A stretch of DNA of 64,000 nucleotides, from the NCBI GenBank assembly GCA_963838925.1, contig CAWISW010000001.1, positions 320,001-384,000 of the forward strand, given 5' to 3'. Each line of letters opens with the position of its first letter. Within the stretch, counting starts at the first letter, position 1. Shown piece after piece: positions 47,913-58,083 of this stretch. Origin of the DNA: an uncultured Nitrososphaerota archaeon. Lineage in GTDB: Archaea > Thermoproteota > Nitrososphaeria > Nitrososphaerales > Gagatemarchaeaceae. The notes under the pieces are model-generated. The model was not told the DNA's origin, ran no database searches, and was given only the letters and a program-made list of their open reading frames with translations. The position numbers and the translations under genes were made by a program.

Positions 47913-48600
47913 CGCCGACGGGAGTCGGCCTGGGCTCCACTCCAAGTGGAGGGGAGTGGTGGACTCCCTCGAGGCGATCATCCCGATCTACGAGAAGGGC
48001 TCTAGCCGGATCTCCCTATTCTCGGACAGGGCGATGCGCGAGGAGGTGGCCTCGTTCGCCGTGGAAGGGGAGAAGGGGGCGCCGGTCCTCGACCTCGGGG
48101 CGGGTCCGGGCACCCTGTCGAGGGTCGTAGCACGCGCGGGTGGGGCGCCGGTCCTCGCGGACGCGTCCAGGAAGATGCTCGCGAAGGCGGCCGAGTTCGA
48201 CCGGGTGCAGTGCGTCTTCGAGAACCTCCCGTTCAGGCCGGGCGCCTTCAGCGCAGCGGTAGCGGGGTTCTCGCTCAGGGACTCGAAGGACCTCGAGACG
48301 GCTCTCGCGGAGATACGCCAGGCGATACGCCCAGGGGGGAGGTTCGCGTTCTGCGACCTCGGAAAGCCTACCTCGAAGGCCAAGGCGAGCCTGGTCGGCG
48401 CCTACATCCGCGTCGCCCCCCCGCTGATCGGTTTCCTCACGGGCGGGCGCTCGGGACTCAGGTTCGGGTCGCTCCGCGACACGTACAAGCTCGTGCTCGA
48501 CAACAGGTCCCTCGCGAAGGTACTCTCAGGATACTTCGGCTCCGTGGCCGTCAAGGAGAGGCAGTTGGGCGGGTCGATCGTCGTCCGCTGCTCTGCCTGA
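47896..48600 (+). CDS. Class I SAM-dependent methyltransferase (UbiE/MenG-like)
   Basis: VLDLGAGPG, FENLPFR, GFSLRD, RPGG. Confidence 0.82.
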   Translation: MTSSSDADGSRPGLHSKWRGVVDSLEAIIPIYEKGSSRISLFSDRAMREEVASFAVEGEKGAPVLDLGAGPGTLSRVVARAGGAPVLADASRKMLAKAAEFDRVQCVFENLPFRPGAFSAAVAGFSLRDSKDLETALAEIRQAIRPGGRFAFCDLGKPTSKAKASLVGAYIRVAPPLIGFLTGGRSGLRFGSLRDTYKLVLDNRSLAKVLSGYFGSVAVKERQLGGSIVVRCSA

Positions 48601-48645
48601 CTCTTAGGGGGCGAATTGTTTATAACCTAATCATTCGGCGCCGAT

Positions 48646-50403
48646 GTGTTTTCCTTGCAGTACAAGTGGATAGTGCTCTCCAACACCACCATCGCCATGC
48701 TGATGGCGTCGCTCGACGGCACGATAGTTCTCATCTCGCTCCCGGCGATCTTCAACGGGCTCAAGATCGACCCGCTCTCATCCTTCCAGTACCTCCTCTG
48801 GATCCTCTTCGGGTACAGCCTCGTGACCGCCACGCTGCTCGTGACCTTCGGGCGGATCTCGGACATCTACGGCAGGGTGAAGCTGTACAACCTCGGGTTT
48901 GCCGTCTTCACCATCGGCTCCGTCCTCGGCTATCTCACCCCGAACACGGGGGACGCCGGGGCGCTCGAGCTCATCATCTTCAGGATGGTCCAGGGGGTTG
49001 GCGCCGCGTTCCTCTTCGCGAACGGCGTCGCCATACTCACGGACGCGTTTCCTGAGAAGGAGCGCGGCCAGGCCCTGGGCATCAACATGGTCGCGCTCAT
49101 CGCAGGGTCGATGCTCGGGCTGACGCTGGGAGGGGTCCTAGCGACCATCAACTGGCGGTACATCTTCCTCGTGAACGTGCCCATAGGCGTCTTCGCGACG
49201 GCGTGGGCCTACCTGAAGCTGAAGGAGGTCGGCGCAGTGAGGCGCAGGCAGAAGATTGACGTCTGGGGCAACCTCACCTTCGGGGGCGGCTTGACACTCC
49301 TGATGCTCGGCGTGACCTACGGGCTGCTCCCCTACGGCACTTCCTACTTCGGGTGGGGCAGCCCTTGGGTGGTCGGTTCCATGCTCGCGGGCGCAGCCCT
49401 CCTCGTCGGCTTCGTCTTCATCGAAGGGCGGGTGAAGGACCCGATGTTCAGGCTCGACCTCTTCAAGATCAACGCCTTCAGGGCTGGGAACATCGCCTCC
49501 TTCCTGTCCTCGATAGGCAGGGGCGGGACTCAGATAATGCTCATCATCTTGCTACAAGGGATATGGCTTCCGCTCCACGGCTACGCCTACAAGTCGACCC
49601 CCTTCTGGTCGGGGCTCTACATCACCCCCCTCCTCGTGGGGTTCGTGGTGATGGGGCCCATAAGCGGCCGGCTCGCAGACAGGCGGGGCGCGAGGGGGCT
49701 GGCCACGGGCGGCATGCTCATCTCCGCGACGTGCCTCCTGCTTCTCACCCTGCTTCCCTACGACTTCGTCTTCTGGCAGTTCGCCCTCATACTCTTCGTC
49801 ATGGGGCTTGGAGGGGGCCTCTTCGCCAGCCCCAACACCGTCGCGATAATGAACTCCGTCCCGCCCGAGACGAGGGGCGCCGCATCTGGGATGCGGGCCA
49901 CGGTCCAGAACACAGGGATGAGCGCGAGCACCGCCGTCTTCTTCTCCATAGTCCTAGTAGCCCTCGGGTCAAGCCTCGCGCCCGCCCTCACGGCGGCGGT
50001 GACGAGCGCCGGCGCTCCGCAGCTGGCAAGCGCCTTCAAGGGCCTTCCGCCCACCGCCGCGCTCTTCGCGGCGTTCCTGGGCTACAACCCCATCGGCTCC
50101 CTCATCCCCCCCGCCGTGATGGGCTCCCTGCCGGCTGCGGCGCAGAGCCAGCTGACCGGCCTCACTTTCTTCCCCACCGCCATCGCGCCGGCCTTCATGT
50201 CCGCCCTGCACGACGCCTTCTACATCGCGTCGGCGATGACCTTCATCGCGGCGGCCACGTCGTGGTTCGGGATGCGCAGCGCGCAGCCCGTTCGCAAGGC
50301 GGTCGCGGTGGCCCAGCAGGAGCAGGTGCCGCAACCTGTCCCAATCGCGGAGTCCGCGGCGCCCCCGGGCAGTGTCGATGAGGCGGTCGGGAAGAGGCAG
50401 TGA
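48646..50403 (+). CDS. MFS drug:H+ antiporter (DHA2, 14 TM)
   Basis: [40 protein letters not shown]; TTTATAA box at 48619. Confidence 0.92.
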   Translation: MFSLQYKWIVLSNTTIAMLMASLDGTIVLISLPAIFNGLKIDPLSSFQYLLWILFGYSLVTATLLVTFGRISDIYGRVKLYNLGFAVFTIGSVLGYLTPNTGDAGALELIIFRMVQGVGAAFLFANGVAILTDAFPEKERGQALGINMVALIAGSMLGLTLGGVLATINWRYIFLVNVPIGVFATAWAYLKLKEVGAVRRRQKIDVWGNLTFGGGLTLLMLGVTYGLLPYGTSYFGWGSPWVVGSMLAGAALLVGFVFIEGRVKDPMFRLDLFKINAFRAGNIASFLSSIGRGGTQIMLIILLQGIWLPLHGYAYKSTPFWSGLYITPLLVGFVVMGPISGRLADRRGARGLATGGMLISATCLLLLTLLPYDFVFWQFALILFVMGLGGGLFASPNTVAIMNSVPPETRGAASGMRATVQNTGMSASTAVFFSIVLVALGSSLAPALTAAVTSAGAPQLASAFKGLPPTAALFAAFLGYNPIGSLIPPAVMGSLPAAAQSQLTGLTFFPTAIAPAFMSALHDAFYIASAMTFIAAATSWFGMRSAQPVRKAVAVAQQEQVPQPVPIAESAAPPGSVDEAVGKRQ

Positions 50404-50409
50404 CTCGGC

Positions 50410-50910
50410 TTGGGCTCGCAGAACTCGACGATCAAGAAGGGCAAGGCACCCGCGCCGCTCGACGAGGTCGAGCTCTGGCGCTCCCTCGCCAACGACTGGA
50501 AGCGGCTCCAGCGTGGCGCCGAGAAGAACATAATGCGCCTGGACCTCACCGTCGCCGAGCTCCGGATCCTGAGGGTCCTGCGCGAGCAGGGCACCTCGCC
50601 CATGAACCGGTTCTGCAGGGAGACGATGCTCTCGCAGCCCACCATCACGGGTGTGGTCGACAAGCTCGAGGAGCGGGGCCTAGTAGGGCGCGTCAGGAGC
50701 CGCGAGGACAGGAGGGAAGTGCTCATAGCGATCACACCGAGGGGGGAAGAGGCCTTCGTGAAGGGGATGGACCTTCACAGGCAGTTCGTCAAGAAGGCGC
50801 TCTCCGTAATGACAGCCGACGAGGTGGACACCCTCGCGTCCCTCCTCAGGAAGCTCGCCGACGCGTCTGACGCCATCGTCCAGGCGTCAGCGATTCCCAC
50901 TGCGGGATAA
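50410..50910 (+). CDS. MarR family regulator
   Basis: TITGVVDKLEERGLV.R.....DRR...I.IT..G. Confidence 0.92.
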   Translation: MGSQNSTIKKGKAPAPLDEVELWRSLANDWKRLQRGAEKNIMRLDLTVAELRILRVLREQGTSPMNRFCRETMLSQPTITGVVDKLEERGLVGRVRSREDRREVLIAITPRGEEAFVKGMDLHRQFVKKALSVMTADEVDTLASLLRKLADASDAIVQASAIPTAG

Positions 50911-50941
50911 GAGGCGCCAGTCCGCGGCGCAGACCGAAGGC

Positions 50942-51910
50942 TCACGAGGCCTGTCGAAGGAGAGCTTCCAGGTCTGCGAGCAACCCCTGGACTTCTGAGC
51001 TCGGGACCGAGCACCCGGCTGCCCTTTCGTGCCCTCCTCCGCTGCCTCCGTGCTTCTGCGCTATCATCCCTATCTCCTTCCCCAGGTGGATCTTGCTCTC
51101 CGAGGTGCTTCGAAGGCTGAACTCCGCCACGCCTCCGGCCTTCTCCTTGTAGGCGACGCCGAGGGGTACGCCGAACGCCCCGAGGAGCAGCTTCGCGACG
51201 TTCCCGGTGGCGCTCTCGCCCGTCTTCATGTAGGCCAGCCTGCCGAGGCGGGTCCCCTTCGCCCTGACGTCCTCCGCGAGCTTCCTCACGACCTCTGCCT
51301 GCTCGATCGCATGCTTTCCGACGTCGTCTATCTCGTGAGGAGCCTTCATCTTCGCAAGCTCCTTGACCAGCATCTCCGGGTAGGCGTAGTCCCTGCCGTT
51401 CTTGGCGAGTGCGTAGGCGAGCATCGTGCACTCTAGGAGGACGAACTGCCTGTCGAACGTCTCCATCATCTGGCTGGCGTTCGCGCTGGTGTCCATGTAG
51501 TCCGTCACTGCCCCGTACAGCGCCAAGAGGCGCGCCCCCTCGGGCAGGTCCTCCTTGTATCTCAGGAAGGTCAGCATCGCCGCGGAGTCCCTCACGTCGT
51601 GCCTTAGGTCGACCCCCGTCTTGACGATCTGCTGCTTCGCCTCCTCGGTGAGGTAGTGGTGGTCGACGTACGTGACCGGCATCCTCTTCGCGAGCGCCGC
51701 CAGCCTCGAGACGAAGTCGGGGAAGTTAGACGCGTTCGTCCCGAGGTCGCACAGCGTGAGACTCGTGGCCGTCTTCGGGACCCCGTCGAGCTCCTTGAGG
51801 AGGTCGTCGTAGTCTGTGAGCCTGAAGGTGCCTCCCTTGGCCGCCAGCACGATCGCGGCGGAGGAAACCCCGTCCACGTCCTTGATGTGAGAGATGCAGT
51901 GATGCGCCAA
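50942..51910 (-). CDS. DHH/DHHA1 phosphoesterase
   Basis: SH..DVDG, CDLG, VDHH, GGSGGGHERAAG; start probably TTG 51910. Confidence 0.88.
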   Translation of the reverse strand: MAHHCISHIKDVDGVSSAAIVLAAKGGTFRLTDYDDLLKELDGVPKTATSLTLCDLGTNASNFPDFVSRLAALAKRMPVTYVDHHYLTEEAKQQIVKTGVDLRHDVRDSAAMLTFLRYKEDLPEGARLLALYGAVTDYMDTSANASQMMETFDRQFVLLECTMLAYALAKNGRDYAYPEMLVKELAKMKAPHEIDDVGKHAIEQAEVVRKLAEDVRAKGTRLGRLAYMKTGESATGNVAKLLLGAFGVPLGVAYKEKAGGVAEFSLRSTSESKIHLGKEIGMIAQKHGGSGGGHERAAGCSVPSSEVQGLLADLEALLRQAS

Positions 51911-51977
51911 CTTGAAGGTGCGTGCGGACGTCGGGGTCAGCGCATATAAGGAAACCTCGGCGAGACCCGACGCCATC

Positions 51978-52349
51978 ATGATAAGCGCTCCCAGGGGCCT
52001 CCTCAAGCTCGTCTCCCTACAGCTCTTCTCGGAGTCCTCCCTCTCGGGCGCGGAGCTCCAGGAGGAGATACGCAAGACCAGCGAGGGCGTCTGGAAGCCG
52101 GGGCCGGGCTCGATCTACTTCCTCCTCGACGAGCTGCGCAAGGGCGAGCTGATCGTCGAGCTCCCACACAAGGGAGGGACCATCAGGCGCTACGTCATCT
52201 CGAACAAGGGCAAGGCGGAGCTCACCAAGCTGAGCGGGAAGATCGACGAAGAGGTCAGGAGGCAGCTGAGGCTCCTCGCCTACTGCTGCGACCACACGTC
52301 GAACTCAAAGCTCGCCGACGGTCTGCGCAAGCTCTCTGAGGCGCGCTAG
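51978..52349 (+). CDS. PadR family regulator
   Basis: PRGLLK...L, W.PGPGSIY.LL..L, Y.IS.KG. Confidence 0.88.
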   Translation: MISAPRGLLKLVSLQLFSESSLSGAELQEEIRKTSEGVWKPGPGSIYFLLDELRKGELIVELPHKGGTIRRYVISNKGKAELTKLSGKIDEEVRRQLRLLAYCCDHTSNSKLADGLRKLSEAR

Positions 52350-55300
52350 CTCTTTGGCACTCTGCTCAACTTTGGCGTGAACCCGCGCCTCACCACGAAG
52401 ACGTACGCGGCGCCTATGAAGACGACCAGCGTCGCCACGGCGAACGTCCTGATGTCGGTGTAGTCGGTGGCGAAGCTCGCGTGCACCGTGCCCGGCGAAA
52501 AGATCGACACCGCTGTCTGCAGCTTGAGCGCCGAGGCGGACTCGATCTGGGTGCCGGATACGCCAAGGGTCCAGCCTTGGAACATTATCTCCACCGTGCC
52601 CGGTATTGCGGTTAGGGTAACGTTGCGTCCAGGAGGCGGGTAGATTGTCGCGTTCGCCCCTGCCTGGACCGTCCCGCTTATCGAACCGTACGAGTATGCC
52701 ACCGACCCCTGGCCGTCGGTGGATATGTTGAGGCCGGGGAAGAAGATGGCGGTCTCGTTCGCGGCGCCTGTGACAAGCAGCGTCGGCGAGATCGTCGTGC
52801 CGTTGTACGAGAACGCGGTCGCTCCCTGCCAGTAGGCGAAGGCCCATTGCCTAGCGGTCGTCTCGTTCAGGACCACGGTCGACCCCTGGTCGTGCCACTC
52901 GTTCTGGGTCCCCTCGGCCCCGCCTGCTGGCGTGCTCACGCCCACCTCCACGTAGAACTGGTGGGCGTACTGGACGTCGAGCTTGGTCGGCTGCGCGATT
53001 ATGGCTGCGGTGGTCTGGTTTGACATCCAGCGCTCCCCGTGCGTGCCCGGAAGCAGGAGCGGGACCTCCCAGGTCGACCCGGAGTCCATCCAGAAGCCGG
53101 TCGCCGAAGGACCCAGTGGGGACAGCAGCGTCGCCCCTTCGGACGTGTAGTTCAAGCTAGGCACGGGGGGCGAGCCTCCGGACCCCTGGACCGTGTAGTG
53201 GAGCGTGTCCAGGTACTGGTGGTAGTACATCAGGTCGCCGCTGAGAGGGGCCGAGGCGATGCCGGAGGGGTTCGTCTTCGTTATCCACTGCTCACTCGGG
53301 GACGAGCTGGGGAGAAGCGCGCTCGCGGCCCAGCTTGTGCCCGAGTCTAGCCAGAATGTCGTTTGGGTGGCGTTGAGCTGTGCGAGACCCTGAACTCCCA
53401 AGGAGGTGTAGTTCAAGCGAGGATTGCTGTATGCCCCTCCATCCAAGACGCCGAAGTTAAGAACGAACGCGTACTGGTGGTAGTAGAGCTCGGTCAGAGA
53501 ACCGGCTTGGTTGATGACCCCTAACGGGCTTCCAGCGAACCAACGCTCTACCGCGGAGGAGCCCACCAGAGGATTCGTGTAGTTGAACGAGGAGCCCGCG
53601 TCTACCCAGCTCTGGGACCCCCTTGCGGAGGCGCCGAATGACGTGAAGAGAACCGAGGGAGGTTGATAAGCTGTGCCACCTCCAATGACGCTGTAACCGA
53701 AGGTGATGAAGAACTGGTTGTAATACTGCAACGACACTGTCTGTCCAGCGGTCGCGGCACCATTATTGACCGAGCTGTCCCACCGTTCGCTAGACGTAGA
53801 TCCCGCAAGGGCCGAAGGGACCGTCCAACTGGATCCTGAGTCCAGCCAAACTGAAGAGGCCGACCCGATCAGCGGAAGGTTGTCCGGTGCGCCGAAAGCG
53901 GTAAAGTTGAGTCGGGGGGTCGAGGGTGAAGTTGTAGAGCCGATGAGGGAGTACTCGAATCCCTCGAGCACCTGCGAGTAGTAGCTCGACGTGTGCTGAT
54001 TACCCCCTGCTACGTCTGTGAAGGCGTTCTGAGAGGTGGCCCACCGTTGCGTCGGTGAGACCTGCAAGAGACCCAAGCCCGCCTGAGTGTTGTAGTCTGT
54101 CCAGCCTTGACACGAGAACGTTCCAGAGCCGGTGGTGACCGAGATTGTGCAAATGGTCTGTCCGGCGCTGTCCAGCGTTGTGCCGTTGACGACGATCGAG
54201 CCAGGGGTGGTCCATGATGCCGGGCTCTTGGGGGATGCCTGGTACGTGTTCTCGACCTGATAGTAGATGGTGGCGGAGAAGGTCTGGCAAGAGCTAGAAG
54301 AGCAGCTTCCGACTGTCAGGGAGTTCAAGCCGGCTGAGGAGAGGTATCTCGAGTTAGTCCCGGCCGGAGGAAGGGTGATGGTAATGGGCGAACACCCGGA
54401 GGACGCTTGGAAGTTGTAAGGTGTTCCGTTTGCCGGGATAGACGTCGGTGAGACCGAGCACCCTGAGAGGGAAACGGTGGTCGGAGGACCTGAGTTAGCC
54501 ACTGTGATCTGTATCGTCTCGTTGACGTTTGCGGTTATTGAAAACGTTCCGCTGCTAGCCACGTTGTTCGTGTCGCCGGAGTACACGGCGGTGATTGTGG
54601 CGGACTGTGTCGGAGTGTATGTTATCCCACACGAGGCGGATGAGAGGGTGCACGGGTTTGCCGAGAAGATGCCACCCTTGTCTGTCGATTGCCAAGTGAT
54701 GATTCCAGTTGGCGAGTACCCAACGACCGTCGCGCTGCAGGTGCTAGGCTTGCCGACGAGGAGGGTCGCGGGGGAGCAAATCACGCTTGTCGTGCTCGTC
54801 GCGGGAGAGACGGTAAGGGTGGTGGAGCCTGAGCTTCCGATGTTATTGGAATCGCCTGAGTACGTTGCCAATATTGTCGCGCCTCCTGCCCCGGTTGTCG
54901 AAACCGACACAAAGCACGTTCCGGATGCGAGGGTGCAAAATGTTGGCGAGGAGGCAAGAGACGTCGTCGCGGTGCCTGAGAACTGAGTGAAGGTCACAGT
55001 TCCAGTAGCGCCGTTGGGAGGGTAGCCAGACACGGCTGCAGTGCAGGTGGTCGGTGAAGGCGACCCTACAATCACCGTCGATGGCGCGCAACTGACAGCT
55101 GTGGTCGACGTCGCCTGATTCACCGTCAGGGTGAACGTTGCCATCCCTGAGTTCGTCGGCGTCGCGCTGTCGGTAACAGTGACGGTCACGGAGAACGACC
55201 CGGACCCTACGCCGCTTGGGACGCACGTGATTGAAACCGAATTTGAACTACTGCAACCAGCAGGCAAGCCCGACCATGCATAGGTGTACGGTGTCGTCCC

Positions 55301-55474
55301 GCCCGTCGCTGGGGGCGTGGAAATGGTTGTGGACTGGCCCACGACTATTGGGTTAGGCGCTGCCGAGGGCGAAACGGTCAAGCTCGCTGCATAGGCTGGC
55401 TTCGCGGCAAACAACAAGCCCAAAGCGATGAGTACGGTAAAGACGAGAAGCGCACTCCCGTGCCCCTTTCTCAT
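52346..55474 (-). CDS. Large Ser/Thr-rich cell-surface protein with Ig-like and W-x-D-x-G...ERW...YYxQ repeats, C-terminal TM anchor
   Basis: Signal peptide ending AYA; Ig-like repeats (A.YSGD.NN); four to five ~80-aa repeats; C-terminal hydrophobic helix plus basic tail. Confidence 0.88.
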   Translation of the reverse strand: MRKGHGSALLVFTVLIALGLLFAAKPAYAASLTVSPSAAPNPIVVGQSTTISTPPATGGTTPYTYAWSGLPAGCSSSNSVSITCVPSGVGSGSFSVTVTVTDSATPTNSGMATFTLTVNQATSTTAVSCAPSTVIVGSPSPTTCTAAVSGYPPNGATGTVTFTQFSGTATTSLASSPTFCTLASGTCFVSVSTTGAGGATILATYSGDSNNIGSSGSTTLTVSPATSTTSVICSPATLLVGKPSTCSATVVGYSPTGIITWQSTDKGGIFSANPCTLSSASCGITYTPTQSATITAVYSGDTNNVASSGTFSITANVNETIQITVANSGPPTTVSLSGCSVSPTSIPANGTPYNFQASSGCSPITITLPPAGTNSRYLSSAGLNSLTVGSCSSSSCQTFSATIYYQVENTYQASPKSPASWTTPGSIVVNGTTLDSAGQTICTISVTTGSGTFSCQGWTDYNTQAGLGLLQVSPTQRWATSQNAFTDVAGGNQHTSSYYSQVLEGFEYSLIGSTTSPSTPRLNFTAFGAPDNLPLIGSASSVWLDSGSSWTVPSALAGSTSSERWDSSVNNGAATAGQTVSLQYYNQFFITFGYSVIGGGTAYQPPSVLFTSFGASARGSQSWVDAGSSFNYTNPLVGSSAVERWFAGSPLGVINQAGSLTELYYHQYAFVLNFGVLDGGAYSNPRLNYTSLGVQGLAQLNATQTTFWLDSGTSWAASALLPSSSPSEQWITKTNPSGIASAPLSGDLMYYHQYLDTLHYTVQGSGGSPPVPSLNYTSEGATLLSPLGPSATGFWMDSGSTWEVPLLLPGTHGERWMSNQTTAAIIAQPTKLDVQYAHQFYVEVGVSTPAGGAEGTQNEWHDQGSTVVLNETTARQWAFAYWQGATAFSYNGTTISPTLLVTGAANETAIFFPGLNISTDGQGSVAYSYGSISGTVQAGANATIYPPPGRNVTLTAIPGTVEIMFQGWTLGVSGTQIESASALKLQTAVSIFSPGTVHASFATDYTDIRTFAVATLVVFIGAAYVFVVRRGFTPKLSRVPKS

Positions 55475-55569
55475 CGTAAACGTCCTCCTGTTTCCAAGTT
55501 GGGTTCGCGTTTAGGGGATGCCCTAGCCTGCGGTATAAGCTCTCGGATGCCAACTTCCATTCTTCGCAC

Positions 55570-55707
55570 TTACAAGCCGAGAGGGAACGCAACCATCGCC
55601 AGCAAGAAGGCTAGGATGACCGCCACATGGTGGAGGTGGAAGTGCAGCTTTATCCGGGTCTTGAGAAGGAGCGCCTTGACCACCAATACGACGGCGGCAG
55701 TCGCCAC
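55570..55707 (-). CDS. Possible small two-helix membrane protein (MATAAVVLVVKALLLKTRIKLHFHLHHVAVILAFLLAMVAFPLGL)
   Basis: Hand-translated; two hydrophobic stretches around HFHLHH; GTG start. Confidence 0.35.
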   Translation of the reverse strand: MATAAVVLVVKALLLKTRIKLHFHLHHVAVILAFLLAMVAFPLGL

Positions 55708-55864
55708 TCAAATCAGGCCGATTTTTGGTTCTTTCGGCGGCTCCCCCGCACGAGGGCATCGCGGGCCACCGTGGATTTCTGCCGTTTTCCATAACATTTT
55801 GACGCCAAGTTCTGGTAGGAGGTCTAAGAACGATAAGTAACGGACGCGTCATCTACGTGTTGCG

Positions 55865-56180
55865 ATGATTCGAAGGTCAAAGCTTGAAGTCTTCATGGAC
55901 ATCATGAAGGTGGTCGCAGAAGAGAGAGAGATGAAGCGCACGAGGATCATGTACAAGGCGAACCTCGCCTGGACCGTGCTCAACGATGCGCTCGACTCGA
56001 TGGAGAAGAAGGGAATCCTCGAGAAGCAAGGAGACTCCCTCTGGCGTCGTCGTGACCCCAACCCCCGACGGTCTGAACCTCCTGAAGAGATTCCAAGAAG
56101 TGGAGTCAGTCTTCATGGAGCCGACCATCAGCGCGGAAGGGCTCATCTACCCGACGCACAGAATGGAAATCCTGCGCTAA
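55865..56180 (+). pseudogene. Winged-helix regulator (HTH_45-like) split by a +1 frameshift near 56024
   Basis: MIRRSKLE..MDIM...TRIMYKANL in one frame; wing and final helix (KETPSGVVVTPTPDGLNLLKRF) continue in the next frame. Confidence 0.7.
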
Positions 56181-56313
56181 ACACGCGCAAAAAGCCTCTC
56201 CGTGCGACCGTCTTCCTAGGTCCATGAGTGGGCCCGCGCTCAAGGGCGCTAGCTCACGGCCAAACGGATTCGAAGACGTTATATCCGCAGGCGCGGTCGT
56301 ACCATCCCGTCTG

Positions 56314-56682
56314 ATGGACTCCAACGAAGAGGTGCTTGCAGAGCTCCGCAAGATCAGCGAGCTCCTCACGAAGCCCCCCGCGCCCCCACAGCCCAAGGGC
56401 ATGGCGCAAGAGTTCAAGGCGTTCCTTTCGGAGTACAAGGTCCTTGGCCTTGCCGTGGCCTTCATCCTGGGTATCTACCTCGGAAACGTGGTGAAAGCCC
56501 TCGTGACCGACATGATACTCCCCATACTCTCATACGCGCTTCCTCCGGGGAAGGACATCAACACCCTCATGGCCGGACCGTTCGGCGTGGGCGACTTCGC
56601 CAACAGCGTCCTCACCTTCCTCATCGTCGCCTTGGTCATATTCCTCATAGTAAAGGCGGCAAACCGCTTCAAGATACAATAG
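56314..56682 (+). CDS. mscL: Large-conductance mechanosensitive channel
   Basis: EFKAFL...VLGLAVAFILG, LV.D.I.P, G.F...LTFLIVALVIF. Confidence 0.88.
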   Translation: MDSNEEVLAELRKISELLTKPPAPPQPKGMAQEFKAFLSEYKVLGLAVAFILGIYLGNVVKALVTDMILPILSYALPPGKDINTLMAGPFGVGDFANSVLTFLIVALVIFLIVKAANRFKIQ

Positions 56683-56724
56683 GAGGAACGCCCCCACCCA
56701 GGAGCGCCGCCCCTGGCCGGCGCT

Positions 56725-57042
56725 CTAGGGCCGCACGGCGTTCGAGACCAGCGAGTTGTACTCTCTCTGGAGCCTTGCCAGGACGCCTGTCCCTGCGGTC
56801 GTTATCCTGAGCCTGTCGCCCCCAATCCCCGGCTCGACCACGACGAACCCCTCGCCCACGAGCTCCTTCTCGAGGCGCCCGAACTCTCTCCCGCTGGGGT
56901 TGAGCCCGTAGCGCGAGTGCAGCCGAGCGAGTATCTCCCATTCGCTGAGCGTTGATTCCCTGAGCAGCGTCAGCACGAGAAGGGTGAGGTTCTGCGTGAG
57001 CCAGGCCGTGCGAAACCTGGACAGCACCCAACTCGATACCAA
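56725..57042 (-). CDS. PadR-like winged-helix protein
   Basis: LLVL.LL.E..LS.WEI...L...YG, L...GFV, IT.AG. Confidence 0.65.
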   Translation of the reverse strand: MVSSWVLSRFRTAWLTQNLTLLVLTLLRESTLSEWEILARLHSRYGLNPSGREFGRLEKELVGEGFVVVEPGIGGDRLRITTAGTGVLARLQREYNSLVSNAVRP

Positions 57043-57067
57043 CCTGACGCATCGCCGCCCTTGCGAA

Positions 57068-57442
57068 TCAAGCTACGGTCCGCAGTTCCTCTGTCAATCC
57101 TTCGCTGAGCTGCATCTGGATCGCCCGGAATTCGCCTCTCCAGGCCTTTAGCAGGGACTGCCCGAGGTGTGACGCCTCCAAGAGGACCGTCCTGCCGTTC
57201 TTCTCCTTTACGATCAGCCCTTGGTCAGCCATGTGGTCGATCACGGGATAGACCTGGCCGGGGCTTAGGAGCGTGTGGAACCTCTCATGCAAGAGCGTGA
57301 TGATGTCGTATCCGCACAGCTTTCCCTTTTCGAGATAGTTCAGTATCAGGTACTCGAGCAGGGAGTTCACCATCCCACGCCTGTACTTGCGGACGAAACG
57401 GTCTATCTCAACAGCTGATGCCGGATTCACCAATTGTGACAC
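57068..57442 (-). CDS. PadR family regulator
   Basis: LEYLIL..L....LCGYDII..L..RF..LLSPGQVYP. Confidence 0.82.
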   Translation of the reverse strand: MSQLVNPASAVEIDRFVRKYRRGMVNSLLEYLILNYLEKGKLCGYDIITLLHERFHTLLSPGQVYPVIDHMADQGLIVKEKNGRTVLLEASHLGQSLLKAWRGEFRAIQMQLSEGLTEELRTVA

Positions 57443-57618
57443 GTCAGTCCACGTTTACGGTAATCACTTAGATAAACGTTTGCCGAACGATGAGACGAAG
57501 CAGTCATCTCGAGTAGCAAGGGGCCGTCGTTCGTTCGTCCTAGTTGATTTGCGGGACGGTGATGGCTTCGACTTCAGGATTGCGAAGCGATGGGAGGGAT
57601 CGCGCCGACCCCTGAATG

Positions 57619-57726
57619 CTACTTGGCTTTGGTCGGGACCGACTCTGGAGTCGGCTTCTCTTCGAACGATATGGCGAGCTTCAAGTTGACGTTCTCCTTC
57701 GAGACAGCGATGACTTTCTCTACCAC
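57619..57726 (-). CDS. Possible 35-aa protein (MVEKVIAVSKENVNLKLAISFEEKPTPESVPTKAK)
   Basis: Hand-translated; host-like codon usage; AGGTGGAG upstream and TTAAAT box ~40 nt upstream. Confidence 0.35.
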   Translation of the reverse strand: MVEKVIAVSKENVNLKLAISFEEKPTPESVPTKAK

Positions 57727-58083
57727 TGGGCTCCACCTGACATGCAATCATAGAATTACTTTAGGAATTTAAGCAGTGCCAGCAAATGCATAACGTAATG
57801 CGTGCGCGCTCATGAAGAATCTGAATCTAGATTCGCGGCACAGGTACCCGGTTCGGATGCGGTGCGGATTTCGACGTTCGTTGGTCAAACGGGGTCCGAA
57901 ATTAACCCAAACATCAAATCGGGGCTGGTCTTATCATGCGGAACGGAGACAAAGTAAATATCTCATCCCGCGCGATGCGACGCTTGGAAGCGGTCAGGAA
58001 CGACAAAAGATGCTCCGAGGCGACACTTCCCTTTTTCGCAAACGCTAATATATTATATGGGTAATTTGACGGTGGACTCCTAG

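Noticed and set aside
55708-55760. In-frame TGA upstream of the small membrane ORF as selenocysteine/readthrough
   Set aside because: Upstream frame is not convincingly coding and no SECIS-like element was recognised.
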